From: Octopus vulgaris
Lineage: Eukaryota
NCBI GenBank assembly: GCA_951406725.2
Contig: OX597818.1
Coordinates: 93,930,001-93,994,000 of the forward strand
DNA length: 64,000 nucleotides
Reading direction: 5' to 3'
The notes under the pieces are model-generated. The model made no database searches. It saw only the letters and a program-made list of their open reading frames with translations, and was not told where the DNA came from. The translations under genes were made by a program, and so were the position numbers. Positions 51,288-64,000 of the stretch are shown in pieces; the stretch's first letter is position 1; every line of letters starts with the position of its first letter.

Positions 51288-52454
51288 ATGAATACCACAG
51301 AGAATGATAGTTTTTCGAGTTATCAACACCTCTGCTACCAACCTGATCAAATGGCTGACCATAATCAATATCAAGACAATCTAAATGAAGAATCAGACCA
51401 AACTACAGGAGATAATAATGATATGTATTCTGAAGACGACAGTCGTGAAATAACTGATGAAGATGACATTGGTGATGAGAAGGAAAGTCAAAACAACGAC
51501 CAGTTAGACGAAGATTTCTCATCAGAAGATGACTATCCAAAAGACGAGAAAGCTGAGATCTGTGTGTGTGAAGTAGCAGACGATGAGAACGGAGGTGAAA
51601 ATAACATATTGGAAAGTAAGACACACAATGAAGACGAGAATGTCAGTCTGGATAACATTACAGTTAAATTAAAGAGTGGAACGGCAGAATTTGATAAATC
51701 TGTACCAAACGAAGACGAGGGTAATTATGACACGAGTATGAAATATGCAATCGAAGGAGGGAAAATAAATACGATGTCAGACACTTACCCACACAATGTG
51801 AATAGTGATCTGGATAGATATCAAGACGGTGAATCATTTGTAATATATCGAATGTTTTATATTCCTAAATTTCCAAGGAAGCGGGAACCAGAATATGAGG
51901 TTGAAAACATCCCGTATACTGGTGTCTATGAACTTGAAAGACCGTACAGTCCGAGAGGTTTATTAGAACGTCGTACCCGCTCAATATCAGCGTCAGGACG
52001 TCGTATAAAGCTACCACGGGAACGTCATACCCATTCCATCCTGTTACCTGAACATCATTTATATAAACGTCAAACCAGGTTAACCAAACCACTGAAATAT
52101 CGCACTGCTTCAGTACCACGATATAGCTCTGGAGATACACCGAGACCCAGTCCTTTTACCATACGGTCCCCTAAAAACTGTGTTTTTGTTGAGGGTGAAT
52201 CACGTGTAAAACTTGCACCTTATATACAGCCTCCTGATCTCCAAGAAGATGGTCATGTGTCTGGTATGTCCGTAACTGGGACGTCTTTTCCAGGTTTTGC
52301 AGTCGATCCTATATCCGTGCCAGAAGCTAAGTCGAAATATAAAGCTTTGTTTCGAAAGTGGGATCCAGTGTTTTATAATGTCGATCTTCCACCATTTAAA
52401 CAAAAGATAACTGTTAGCGAAATGCCAGATATTAAACGACAGATCTTTCAATAA
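51288..52454 (+). CDS. P5: shortest, most divergent, unexpanded paralogue, about 388 aa
   Basis: MNTTEND...MADHNQY...CVCEVADD...IEGGKI...FYIPK aligns with P1, P2 and P4; single C-terminal KWDPVFY...EMPDIKRQIFQ module. Confidence 0.8.
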   Translation: MNTTENDSFSSYQHLCYQPDQMADHNQYQDNLNEESDQTTGDNNDMYSEDDSREITDEDDIGDEKESQNNDQLDEDFSSEDDYPKDEKAEICVCEVADDENGGENNILESKTHNEDENVSLDNITVKLKSGTAEFDKSVPNEDEGNYDTSMKYAIEGGKINTMSDTYPHNVNSDLDRYQDGESFVIYRMFYIPKFPRKREPEYEVENIPYTGVYELERPYSPRGLLERRTRSISASGRRIKLPRERHTHSILLPEHHLYKRQTRLTKPLKYRTASVPRYSSGDTPRPSPFTIRSPKNCVFVEGESRVKLAPYIQPPDLQEDGHVSGMSVTGTSFPGFAVDPISVPEAKSKYKALFRKWDPVFYNVDLPPFKQKITVSEMPDIKRQIFQ

Positions 52455-52847
52455 GAACCAAATTAAAATGAATAACGTATATTGTATGTAAATATCTTTT
52501 ATCTTTTAATTCCGCCGAGGTCGACTTTACCTTCCATCCTTTCGGTGTCCATAAAACAAGTACCAGTTGAGCACTGGAGTCGATCTAATCGATTTATTCG
52601 TTTCCTCCAAATTGCAGGCCTTGAGCCGAAATTTGGGACCATTGTCTTTTAACTTTTACTCGTTTCAGTCATTAGACTGCGGCCATACTGGGACAACGTC
52701 TTGAAGAATATTTTTGTCGAACGAATCGACTCCAGTATTTATTTTTTAAAAGATGGTATTAATTATATCGGTCTCTGTTATCGAATCGCTAATTTATGTG
52801 GACGTAAACACACCAAAGTCGGTTGCAAGGAACAAATATAAATTCAC

Positions 52848-52916
<69 letters not shown>

Positions 52917-53058
52917 TACACATACCTACCTACCTAAATACCTACGGCACACAGTCATGTCTCACCACACTTTACACACCTTACACACCATACCGCACAC
53001 ACTAGTACTGACCGCTTCGCAACACCCACACTGTCGTCCACATATCTACACGGCACAC

Positions 53059-53731
53059 AATTTCTAGTTAACTAAACACTTTAAAACTTCGTATACTGGT
53101 AGTATGTGTCAAAATAAAACATTTTTTTCTCTTGGCTTTCTTGAGAAAATTGTAATTTGTTTGTTTAACGTAGTTTAATTTTTCGAATTTTAACCAATCC
53201 TATGCTCTCTTTTGAGCTAAAATCATTTGCTGCGTCTAAAACTGAGACAACATCCTGTCACTAACCCTCAACCTAACCCTAACCCTAATTTTTTTTTCTT
53301 AATTGTTAAATTAATTTAATTGTTACGCGTGTAAAAAAAAAACGAAGGCAATGGAAAATAATTTAAACAATTAACAAACGAAATTATAGAATTATTTTGT
53401 TTGTTAATTGTTTAAATTATTTTCCATTGCTTTCGTTTTTTTACACACGTAACAATTAAATTAATTTAACAATTAAGAAAAAAAAATTTAGGGTTATGGT
53501 TAGGGGAAGGTTTAGGGTTAGTGACAGGATATTGTCTCAGTTTTAGACGCAGCAAATGATTTTAGTTCAATGGAGGTAATCGATTGGTTAAAATTGCCGA
53601 AATGCTCGGATTTTCAGACGAAATATCTTACAAACTATAGAATTTTCTCAATAAAACTAAGAGAAAATGATGTTTTATAAACACATTCTACCAGTATACG
53701 AAGTTAAAAACTTTTTAGTTACCTAGAAATT
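53059..53731. mobile_element. Fold-back MITE, palindromic along its whole length, with (TAACCC)n-like repeats
   Basis: aatttctagttaactaaa...cttcgtatactggtag mirrors ctaccagtatacgaag...ttagttacctagaaatt; inner arms also mirror; absent from the homologous flank near 3900-3970. Confidence 0.85.
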
Positions 53732-54548
53732 ATGTTACAAACTGCCGTTCAAAAGGAAAACATCCCTACAAACAAATCCACTAACAAAGCTTGAATCAAT
53801 CCGAGCCAATGGTAGAAGACACTTGCCTAAGGTGTTACATAATGAGACTGAACGCGGAACCATGTGGTTGGGAAGCAGACTTCTTACCACACAGACGCCT
53901 GCGATTACAAAAATATAACAATAAATAAAAAGAGGAATTTTGTACATTTGAGCTAAGCTGCACAGGTTGGGTCTTTAATTACAAATTTACATTCAATTTG
54001 AACAATAATGAAAACGATAATTTTGTTACGTATAATCCGGTTATTTAACTTGAAAACGGAATCATATGTTGACTTAAAATTTAATCCATGACCTAAACAT
54101 TTTATTTAATTCAGACCTTAAGTAAACTATTCACTCAACTGTAAATCAGGCATATTAACTCAATTAAAATCTTTACTGGACCATAATCTTAGCTGTCTAC
54201 AAAATAGTAATAAACTATAATCTACTAAATGCTTAACACTAAACTCTGTAGTATTTAATACAGACCTTAAATCTCACGGTAAAACTTTTATGGTTAAGGG
54301 GAGACAACTAGTTTTGTATTTTAAAAACATCAACCGATATTGGTCAATTTGTTGATCAAAAGTTTTCTCCGTTTTCTGATTATTTAAATTCGATTCCTGA
54401 TAAACTTTTCTTTGTTCTGTTGTTACCTGTACCCTATTAGCATAGTGTGCCTGCATACCCATGCCCATTGAAAGCATATGTACTTGATACCGATAGTAAG
54501 AACGGATACTATAATCCCTTAAACGGTTATTACAACCGATAACTCTGC

Positions 54549-54549
<1 letters not shown>

Positions 54550-54622
<73 letters not shown>

Positions 54623-54642
54623 GTGTGTGTGTGTGTGTGTGT
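54550..54642. repeat. (TATC)n-(TG)n microsatellite
   Basis: Directly visible. Confidence 0.97.
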
Positions 54643-54644
54643 AT

Positions 54645-54946
54645 ATTGTCTGTTCTTTCTCGAGCCACGCATGGCTCATAAGGGCCGGTTTCCTTGTTTA
54701 CTTGGCGTATAGGTTCCCCACCTGGACGGGACGCCTGTCCGTCGCAGGTGAGCTGCAAGATAGAAGAGGAAAGAGTGAGAGAAAGTTGTGGCGAACGAGT
54801 CAGCAAAAGTTCGCCAGTACCTTCAGCCGGAGCCGCGTGGAGCTTAGGTGTTTTCGCTTATAAACACACACATCACCCGGTCTGAGATTCGAAACCGCAA
54901 TCCCTCGACCGCGAGTCCTCTGCTCTAACCACCGGGCCATGTGCCT
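54645..54946 (-). mobile_element. tRNA-derived SINE
   Basis: Minus-strand head ggcacatggcccggtggttagagc...ggtttcgaatct. Confidence 0.75.
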
Positions 54947-54951
54947 CCACG

Positions 54952-55035
<84 letters not shown>

Positions 55036-55109
55036 TATATATATATACAAGATAGACTTACTTGGAAGTGGATGTGTGGCATTCAATCAAATGATATATA
55101 TATATATGC

Positions 55110-55160
<51 letters not shown>

Positions 55161-55161
55161 T

Positions 55162-55991
55162 AATTCTTTTATTGGCTACAAGGGCTGACAAAAATTATAA
55201 AGGGACAAAACACAGGACGAAAGTTACAAAGGGTTTTGTCCGTTTGTAAAAAACCGTGTAAAAACAGTGTAACAACGAAAAATTATAACAACGAAAAACT
55301 CCCAATAGGGGGAGGCGTTATGAAAGGTTCCTGGGGGAAAAACCCATAAAAGCCACGGGAGCCTGGTCAAAAGTGAGGTAGAGAGCCCTTTCTCCTTTTA
55401 TATTACCTTTTTAATTACATGTGTATCCTCAGAATGGCTCCTTTCAGTAAACTTGCTAACGGACAGCACTTCCCTCTCTACTCTCATCTTCCTTTTCAAA
55501 TGAAACTTGAAAACGTTGATGAGGCCTGGGCCAAAGAGGAAAGTGTCTGACCATAGCCCTTTTAAACGGGTCCACCATACCACCTCTTTCGCTACAGCCA
55601 CTAGGCAAAGGAAAACTGCCTTGCCCTCTCGGTTAAAGGAGGTCGGCGGGACAATCTTCACTATGGATTCAGCTGATAGCCGGATCCGTCCTATACGCGA
55701 CAGTAGCTGTTCGACATAAACCCATAGTTCAGTAATACTCGGACACTGGACGAGTGCGTGTAGAACGGTTTCGTCATCCTGGCTGCACCTCGGGCAGGTC
55801 CGGCTGACGGCACTTCCGTGCCGGTAGAGTTTATCTCGAACAGGCAGAGCCCCTCGGTAACACTGCCAGGCGAGGGACTTCTGGAAATTATCCATTGGCC
55901 CCGGCCCGAAAGTCCTTCCGAACAGACTGCTCAGCTCGTTATCGTCAACGCCTAGAGTTTCCCCGAGAACGTCGTCGCACTTTTCTTCCAT
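55162..55991 (-). mobile_element. 3' fragment of a Tx1-like LINE
   Basis: AWQCYRGALPVRDKL...CPRCSQDDETVLHALVQC (zf-RVT-like); homologous to 33740-34250. Confidence 0.85.
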
Positions 55992-56060
55992 GATTCCAAA
56001 CTTACAGGGAAAAGTTCAATTTAGTAATAGTAAACCAAATTTCACAATATATAATATATG

Positions 56061-56097
<37 letters not shown>

Positions 56098-56198
56098 CAA
56101 TTGAGGATAAAATCTTTAAAAGAAATTATCAGTAGTCAGCGTGAAAAACCTCGTAAGAGAAAAAATCCGTAAATTCTTCCTCTTTGAAAATATTCATT

Positions 56199-56796
56199 TA
56201 TATTATATTGAGGGTACTACTATTCGTAGATACCAACACGCTAAGAGGGACCAATGCGGTCAAAACTACTAAAAATAAACAAAATTTTACCGAATTCAAA
56301 ACTTCAAAACACATCATTTTAAAAAGAATTCAGTTACATATCACATGTGATTTCGCATTTAATGCAGAATATGCATTCCATGTTCGTCAGTGCAACAAAC
56401 TCAAGAAATATAAGAAAAAACATAACATTACAAACTCGATAGTCAACCGTAGAATTCGTCGTAGCTTGTACGAATGTTTATCCTTACATATCTATGAAAA
56501 TGGCGGGCTTTTTCGCAATGCATTTCGGTAACAAATTGCCTGGTCGGGATAAAAATTCAGTATTGAACTATTCCGGTGAAAAATATAAATTAACAAAAAT
56601 TGAGTTTGTTGCACTGACGAACATGAAATGCATATTCTGCATTAAATGCGAAATCACATGTGATATGTAACTGAATTCTTTTTTGAAATGATGTGTTTTG
56701 AAGTTTTGCATTCGGTAAAATTTTGTTTATTTTTAGTAGTTTTGACCGCATTGGTCCCTCTTAGCGTGTTGGTATCTACGAATAGTAGTACCCTCA

Positions 56797-56806
<10 letters not shown>
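56199..56806. repeat. Inverted repeat, about 205-bp arms (56199-56404, 56600-56806) around a spacer of about 195 bp
   Basis: The same peptide IILRVLLFVDTNTLRGTNAVKTTKNKQNFTE appears on both strands in the ORF track. Confidence 0.92.
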
Positions 56807-56844
<38 letters not shown>

Positions 56845-57142
56845 CACACACACAAATTGAAATAGGGGTTGTAAATGCAACCCTCTATGGGATATGGCCG
56901 AAACAGCTGTAAGATCTAATTTATACATGTATTTATATTCTCTTTTATATATATTCTACTTATTATACAACATTACTCTTTTATGTACACTTTTTTATGT
57001 ACATTCCTTTATGTACACTGATTTGTTCTGCTTTTTATATTTAACCCTACAGTCTCTTATGTGGTGGTTTAATAAAGTATGTGATTGAGTATTATCTGGT
57101 AATTGATATTTGATTTAGATGTATTTCTCCATTTTCTTATCT

Positions 57143-57243
<101 letters not shown>

Positions 57244-57254
57244 AAATTAGAGAA

Positions 57255-57613
57255 GAACCACCATGTATCAATTCAAGAATGATAATTAAATCATGCCTTA
57301 TACGAAAAATTAAATATACGATAAAACATTTACGGAGAACTAAATAAAGTACAAAATAATAAATAAATAGTATATAATTAGGAAATACACTACACGTGTT
57401 TCGTGGCTATATTTTCGAACTGATAACAGTAAAATCAATTTAATATAAATATAGTCACTCATCAGGTCCAAGATAAAAGCAATAAAATAATTAAATAAAT
57501 ATATGTATATTATTATACTTTATTTAGTTCTAGGTAAATGTTTTATTGTATATTTAATTTTTCTATATGGTATTATCTAATTATATCATTGTTGAATTGC
57601 TACATGGTGGTTC
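57255..57613. repeat. Inverted-repeat element (about 105-bp arms) enclosing a hammerhead core
   Basis: gaaccaccatgta... mirrors ...tacatggtggttc. Confidence 0.8.
57388..57470 (-). ncRNA. Putative type I hammerhead ribozyme
   Basis: CTGATGA-gtgactatattt(loop)aaatatagccac-GAAAC-acgt-GTA: intact core, long stem II, palindromic stem III; stem I is weak. Confidence 0.6.
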
Positions 57614-57639
57614 ACACACACACACATATATATATATGT

Positions 57640-58690
57640 AACTAGAATTTACAAAAAAAATCAATACAGGAAGACAGGTGTATAAACAACAAACAGGTGA
57701 ATTAGTTTAACGCTCGGAAAGGTGAGAAAATCTTTTACGTTTCGAACCTACGCTCTTCAGCAGAAAGAAACACGAGAAAATAAATAGAGAAAAAAAAGCT
57801 TTAGTGGCTAGCGGTCGGTCATGACGGCTGGCTGGACAGAGGTGGTCAGACAGGAAAGCTAGGAAGAAGGGGAGATAATAAAGTAGTGGTGATCCGAAAA
57901 CGAAAGTGCATGTGCGTGTGTGTATGTAGATTGGGGCTGTTGACCTTGACGTGTGGATGTGTGCATGTGTAGATGTGTGGACGACAGTGTGGGTGTTGCG
58001 AAGCGGTCAGTACTAGTGTGTGCGGTATGGTGTGTAAGGTCTGTAAAGTATGGTGTGACATGATGTGGTGTGGTGTGGGTACTGGGAAGTGGTCAATGCT
58101 AGTGTGTGCAGGGGGTGCGATGTGGTGTGGTGGTGTGGTGTAGTGATGTGTGGTGAATTGTGGTGTGGTGGTGTTGGGTTATCGGAGATGCGAGAGCGGG
58201 GGATGCTAGGGTGGGGTTTGTGGGAGTGGGATGTGAGGGTGGGGTTGGGTGTGTGGGAGAAGGATGTGTGCTGGTTGGGTGGGATGGTGGGTTGGTGGGG
58301 TTGTTACGTGCAGGAAAGGGGTGCGGATGGAGGGGTAACGATGAAGGGAGAAGGTGGGTAGGAGCGAAGAGAAGAAGTAGGTGTCAGGGCTAGAGAGGAG
58401 AAGAGAGGAGAGGTGGGTGGGAGTGAAGAGAGGAAGTAGGTGTGAGATGAAGAGAGGAAAGGGGAGACTGGAAAACCATCTTGAACGCACGCTTAGATTG
58501 TGTGGGGTTAGTCAGAAGAAGAAGGGGTGCAAAACTATGCAAACATGTTCGGACGTTTTCAACTGTCTTACAGGTACTGATTGGATTTCCGAATGTACCA
58601 GTGTTGACTTGAACGAACCGCATCGGGTCGTTTTGATCGTGGCTTAATAGAGTATTCTGTAGGCCAGGATAGTATAAGTTGTCCACTTTT
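57640..58690. mobile_element. Penelope-like remnant with GT-rich tract and degenerate hammerhead motif
   Basis: Minus strand tcttt-ctgctga-agagc-gtag-gttc-gaaac-gta-aaaga at about 57731-57768; 57960-58063 is an inverted copy of 52945-53055. Confidence 0.5.
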
Positions 58691-58729
58691 TTAAATCGAC
58701 GGCTACACAGACCACAAATTTGTGATCTG

Positions 58730-61255
58730 AACGGTCGACCTCGATAGACTTTGTAAGCAGAGGCCCAATTACTGGAAGTTGAATGCGTTACTCCAAGCGT
58801 GCCAGGCTGACAGGGACCGGATTAACAAATTAGTTAAGAGGGCGTTGATAGGGTCAATCGTTAACAACAAATGGCGGTTTGCCTGGTAAAGGGCAATTAG
58901 AGTAGAATTGATTAGGTTTAGTAAGGCATTAGAGATAAAGAAAAATAGAATAGAGGGAAACATAGAAATTTAGAAGAGGCACTTAAGAAAGACATCGCAA
59001 CCGACGTGCTGGCAACGAGACTGACCCTGGACCACTTCTTCAACGTTAAGCATGAAGGATGCATTGTCAGAACTAAAGTACGTACTCTAACGATCGAAGG
59101 AACGAAAGCTGCTCGATGGGATCGAGTGGCAGAGGAGCAAAGTGGCAACAAAGTCACAATTCGTCTTTGATGGACCAAAATGGGCGCAAGGTACTCGAGC
59201 TCGAGCAAATGTGTGCGGCATTTCAACAGCACTTCGCTCAGCTGTTTGGAACGAATGGACGAACGGAACGCAGGATAAAGTTCATGTCTACCTCAACAGC
59301 GTACCATGACTCTCGGTAAGTGAGGCGGAACGTTGCGAAATGCTGACAACAGCCGCAGAAATACTGAATGTAATAATGGGCTGCACGGGGAGCAAAACGC
59401 TTGGTTTGGATGGTTTATCCTACTTGCGTTACTTTTATATGTCAGACTTGTTTGGTAGTCTCTTAGTATATATCTACCGCAACTAGCAGCAGAAAGGAAA
59501 AGCTCCTAGTTCTGTAAGTCGAGGAGCGGTGGCAGTGCCGAGAAAGGACCCAAACAAGGCGGATCAAATAGAAATTTTTAAGCCCCTAACGCAGACTTCA
59601 AAATTTTGGCCAAGGTGCTAGCAAAGAGGTTGGCCCCTGTCTTCGAGGAACTGATTGGTGATGTACAAACATGCACCAACCCAAGCAGATCCAATACGAC
59701 AACCTCCACCTCAAGTGATATATGAGAGACAGGGTGAGTAAAGAAGCACGCATGAGTGGGGCCCTCATTAATTTAGATCAATCTAAAGCCTGTGATAGGG
59801 TCGGCACCAATACTTCGCAGCCGTTCTCACGGCGGCCGGTTTCGGTCCCGTTTTCTGTATCTGGTTTTCCGCAATCCACAGAAGCATCTACTCGGTTGTT
59901 CGGTTGAATGGTTACCTATTGGAACGATTTCGCATCATGCATGCGGTCCGTTTGTACTGGCCGTATAGCCACTACGGCGAAAATTGGAGGCGTTGAGAGG
60001 CATCCCGCGCGAACTAAGACGTGAGAGAACCGTGTCGGCACATGCAGATGACATCACCATCACAGTATCGAATACCAAGCACAGAGACCTGGTCGACACA
60101 ACTCTAACAGAATACGAGGCAGTGATAGGAACAAAAATTAACCGAAAATAATCACTGGGCCTGCAGTTTGGCACCTAGAAAGGCAGGTTTGTGCTATTCA
60201 ATAACATCATGGGATGCTGGACGGAGGGACCGGTTAAACTGTTCGGGTCTGGTCTGGCCCGGATCTCCAGATAAAGGAAAACTGGGACGAGGTGAATAGC
60301 AGGGTGGCCAATCCCATCCAGAAATTGGCCAAGAAAAAGTTATTCCTGAAAGGTCGGGCAAAGGTGGCGAATGCTAACATCTGTTATATTTTACTGTTTG
60401 ACCACCTTGTCTTGTCTCAATTTACGTCTGACTAAATTGCAGCGCATACTCTTCCGCTTTATGCAGAAAGGATGCGTTCCATTGGTGAGGCCCCTCATTT
60501 GTTGTCACCACCCGCTGAGTGGAGGGCTGGGCATGCCGTAGCTGCTGATGTACAGATATGCACTGAGGCTGCGACATCTCTAGCGCTTCCTAGACGATGA
60601 GTAGATGTGGACACCGTTTGTCAGACAGGATTTATTACAGCTTCTCTCTTTGTCTGAGTTGCAGTCCTTGATCAAGTGTAGACCGAAGTAGGGCGCTTAG
60701 CACCTAGAGTATCGCCAGGCGCTCACAATCTTCAGTCAGTCGAGTAATGCAGTCGGTGGAAGTTCCACTTTGGCGCTCTATACAGGATTTATTACAGCTT
60801 CTCTCTTTGTCTGAGTTGCAGTCCTTGATTAAGTGTAGACCGAGGTAGGGCGTACATCTATAGACAATAAGAAGTCATTTGCCCTGAAGTCAGGGATTGC
60901 ACGGTTTTGTGAGGTTTCTATGAACAGCCCTTGGAAGTGGGGAATTTTTTATTGTTAGAATATATTTTATGGTTTTCACTGTAGACACACTTCATTTTAT
61001 GTAACCTCACATTGTATTGCTTTGTACAGTACCCATCAGCATAGCTAGAGTGTGTCGCTCGGGGTGGCCCTCCCGTTTGTCGCCCCCGGACCCCCACAAA
61101 AGAAAACATTGCCTACGACAGACCCAAATTGGTTCCCCTTTAAAAGTGCCGCCCGGAGCAGGGGGGGGCCTCTACCACTCCCCCTAGATACGCTAATGAC
61201 AGTACTCTTTCTTTTTTCTTATTTTTTTGTGTACCCTTATTGTTACTACTATTAT
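58730..61255 (+). mobile_element. Tx1/L1-clade LINE ORF2 and 3' end, decayed
   Basis: PNYWKLNALL, EQMCAAFQQHFAQLFG, GLDGL, ALINLDQSKACDRV, SAHADDITI, GGLGMP; (TTA)-like tail near 61240-61255. Confidence 0.85.
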
Positions 61256-61257
61256 TA

Positions 61258-61444
61258 AAGCGGTAAGCTGGTAGAGTTGTTAGCACGCAGGGCAAAATAA
61301 TGCTTAGCAGCATTTCGTCCGTCTTTACCTTCTGAATTCAAATTCCGCCGAGGTCGACAAAATAAGTACCTGTTAAGCACTGAGTTTGATGTAATCGACT
61401 TACCACTCCCCCAAAATTGCGAGCATTGTACCAAAATTTGAAAC
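61258..61444 (+). mobile_element. SINE copy with internal deletion
   Basis: gcggtaagctggtaga...ttcaaattccgccgaggtcgac...aagtacc; related to 46829-47059. Confidence 0.75.
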
Positions 61445-64000
61445 ATTATTGAATGAACTTTTTGTGTCTCTGGTAAGCATGTAGAATACAAATTCGCAAA
61501 AATTTTCTGAAAATCCAAGACAAATATAAGTAAAGGCAAAAGAAAAAAAATTTCTATACCAAAATGCTGGAAAATAGACTTTAGATCGTCTGACCACATA
61601 CAATATTTTTTACTAAAAATACACAGCGTGTTGAAATGAGGAAAGCAAGCTAACAAGTTTTTAAAAATTTCGTTATCCCCGAATCGGACCGATTTCTGGA
61701 TTAAACCAAAAGGATTCTTTCTTGGTCAGCAAAAAAAAAAAAAAGAAAAAAGAAAGAAAAAGAAAAAAAAAGAGAAAGTTACGAGGGGTTATATGGCGTG
61801 CGTAAAGCAGAATTCCGCCAATATTTCATTTGTTTACAGTTGACAACATGTGCTGTCACGGATTAACTCGGTAAGAATGATCAAACTTTCAACCTCCAAC
61901 TTTTTAAAAATTGTTATAGAAAAAGTGAATTATCTCCTGAGATTTAGGAGGAAAATTACATCAGTACACCAAATTTTAAAATTTTCACGGAACTGTAAAA
62001 TTTCCACAGGTGCAACATTTCTTCACCGAACAAGAAACTTTATTCAATTTTCGCAAAAAAAAAAAAATAATAATAATAAATTAGTCGAACAGGAGCCCTG
62101 TGTGAGAATGGTGTGTAAAATGAACGTCTTGTCATTAGCGTTTGATTGCAGTGAGGATCATTTACCGTCTGTAGTTGAATACAACATTATATAAACACAG
62201 CCGCACCGTCTCATGTATTGAGCGTGTTGATGTTAACCAACATGTTGACCAACAAAGTTGTCCCTTTCATTCGATCTCGGTCCCTTTCTTCCATCACCAA
62301 CAAATACTTCTGGAGATGTCTACACCGTACCAATGTGTTCGAAGCAGGTATGTCTTGCTCTACTTACTTTTAACATTAATACTTGTGTTATCTTTATTTT
62401 CCATGGAAGTTCTCCGATTGTTGATACTTGTTTTCGTTCTAACCAAGGTCAGTTCTGATCGAGCACATCTATAATTAAAGATGTTCTAACCAGGTCCGTC
62501 TTAGGAACATTATAGTTCCTTGCGTAATTCAAAGCGCTAAGTCCTGTAGTATTTAGCATTTATTAACACCAAGCTACAAAATACATAAATAAAAATAGAG
62601 CCCCTAAACCTATATGGGCCCCGGGTAACTGCCCAATGTGTCCATGCCCTAAGATGGCACTGGTTCTAGCTGTGGTTATCCTGTTCAAAGTAAGACAACA
62701 TGACTGAAGTTCCTTCCCCAACTTCGTTTCTTCATAACTTTTTAGAAAATGTTAATTTTGTTTAGGAAATTCTGCAGGGATTCCTTTTCAAAGGAGTAGA
62801 TTACGATTATGCTGATGACTTTTAAAAAAATTTGAAAGAACTTCAGCTCATTCTTTTCTTCCTTCCAACTTTGTTTCTTCAGAATTTCAAGAGTAGATTA
62901 CGTAATGTTGATGTTTCAAGCATATAAATCTGAAGAGAAACAGTGAAAAATGATAAAGTCACACGGAAATTAGCGGTAACAACGTCAGGACGATGTAGAG
63001 AAAGTACAATCCGAAACTTCTCTAATATTGAAATTAAAAAAAAAAGAAAAATTATCAATATAATTCTGAGGTACGTCCTCGAAAACTTTCTGTAAAATAT
63101 ATTAGAAATTATGCATTTCTCAGAAAGTTAAAGGAAACAAAATCGGGGCGATGTAATCGACTAGGGTTAGAACATTAACTTCGACTAGCCCCCGTCTCCA
63201 AAATTTTTCAAGGCCTTCTGCCTAGAGTAGAAATAATTATTTCCATCAGGCGTGTAGAATCCTCAAATGTCTAAAAATTCTAAGGTGTGATGTTTTATCT
63301 CTATAAAATATACCATGTAATTGAGTAATTAACAAAGTTTGATTAATCTTGTAAGTCACTTATGTAACATGACGATTTATTTATAAATTGGGTGAACGTA
63401 GCATGTCGTTTCTATATGGTTCTTCCACGCACGTTGTTTACGTACACACTCGACAACGTAACCCCTTTTCGTATAATTAAAGTATTATTATTTTCCTTAG
63501 CGATTCTTCTGTACATGCAATTCACTCCTGGTATAAAAAAGAGGACCTGTAGTCTTCCGTTTTGTGATCCAGGAAAGTGAAAATATTCAACTCGCTAGAG
63601 GTTGTCATTTACTAGAAACTAAACAGTAAAGTGAAAAAGAAGAAATTGTTTTCTTTGAAACTAAAAATATATTTTGGGATACAGTGAGACCAATACATAA
63701 GAGAATACACTCACACACTCACATGTATGAAATGTGTGTGTGTGTGTGATGGTCAATAAAATACATTTTTAAAAAATGAATGGGAAACATGTTTTAAGAT
63801 CCAGCAAGTTAAGTTTAATATGGAAGTAAGCTGATTTAATGAATAACTAGATCAGTACAGCTTTTAACATTAAGGTTAATAAGCAAGTGTAATATCTAAA
63901 ATATTACAGTTTCTGTTATAAAACTTCTGAACTTTTTAATCTGTTTGAGTTGTATCATTTATTTACAGAAACTTCCAGTGCTTCACAACCTAAAGAAGAG

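Overview
AT-rich, repeat-dense eukaryotic DNA. The SINE families and microsatellite load look like octopus (cephalopod) sequence; this is recognition from memory, not a database result. The main content is a local cluster of five intact, apparently intronless, paralogous ORFs (called P1-P5 here: 8303-10699 -, 14197-16128 +, 25803-29822 +, 40647-45191 +, 51288-52454 +) plus a disrupted sixth copy (about 1970-3620). I do not recognise the protein family. Members share an acidic N-terminus followed by Ser/Arg/Pro-rich low-complexity sequence, and P1-P4 have each tandemly amplified different modules from a shared kit while keeping the frame open. All five carry a perfect CRE palindrome (TGACGTCA) 72-75 bp upstream of the homologous start position, within a conserved upstream cassette. 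P1 and P2 form a head-to-head inverted duplication of about 10.8 kb. The rest is decayed transposons (Chapaev3-like, Gypsy, Tc1/mariner, Tigger, hAT Buster/Charlie, R4/Dong, Tx1-like LINEs, Penelope-like pieces with hammerhead-ribozyme-like motifs), SINEs, MITEs and microsatellites. Coordinates of decayed elements are approximate.
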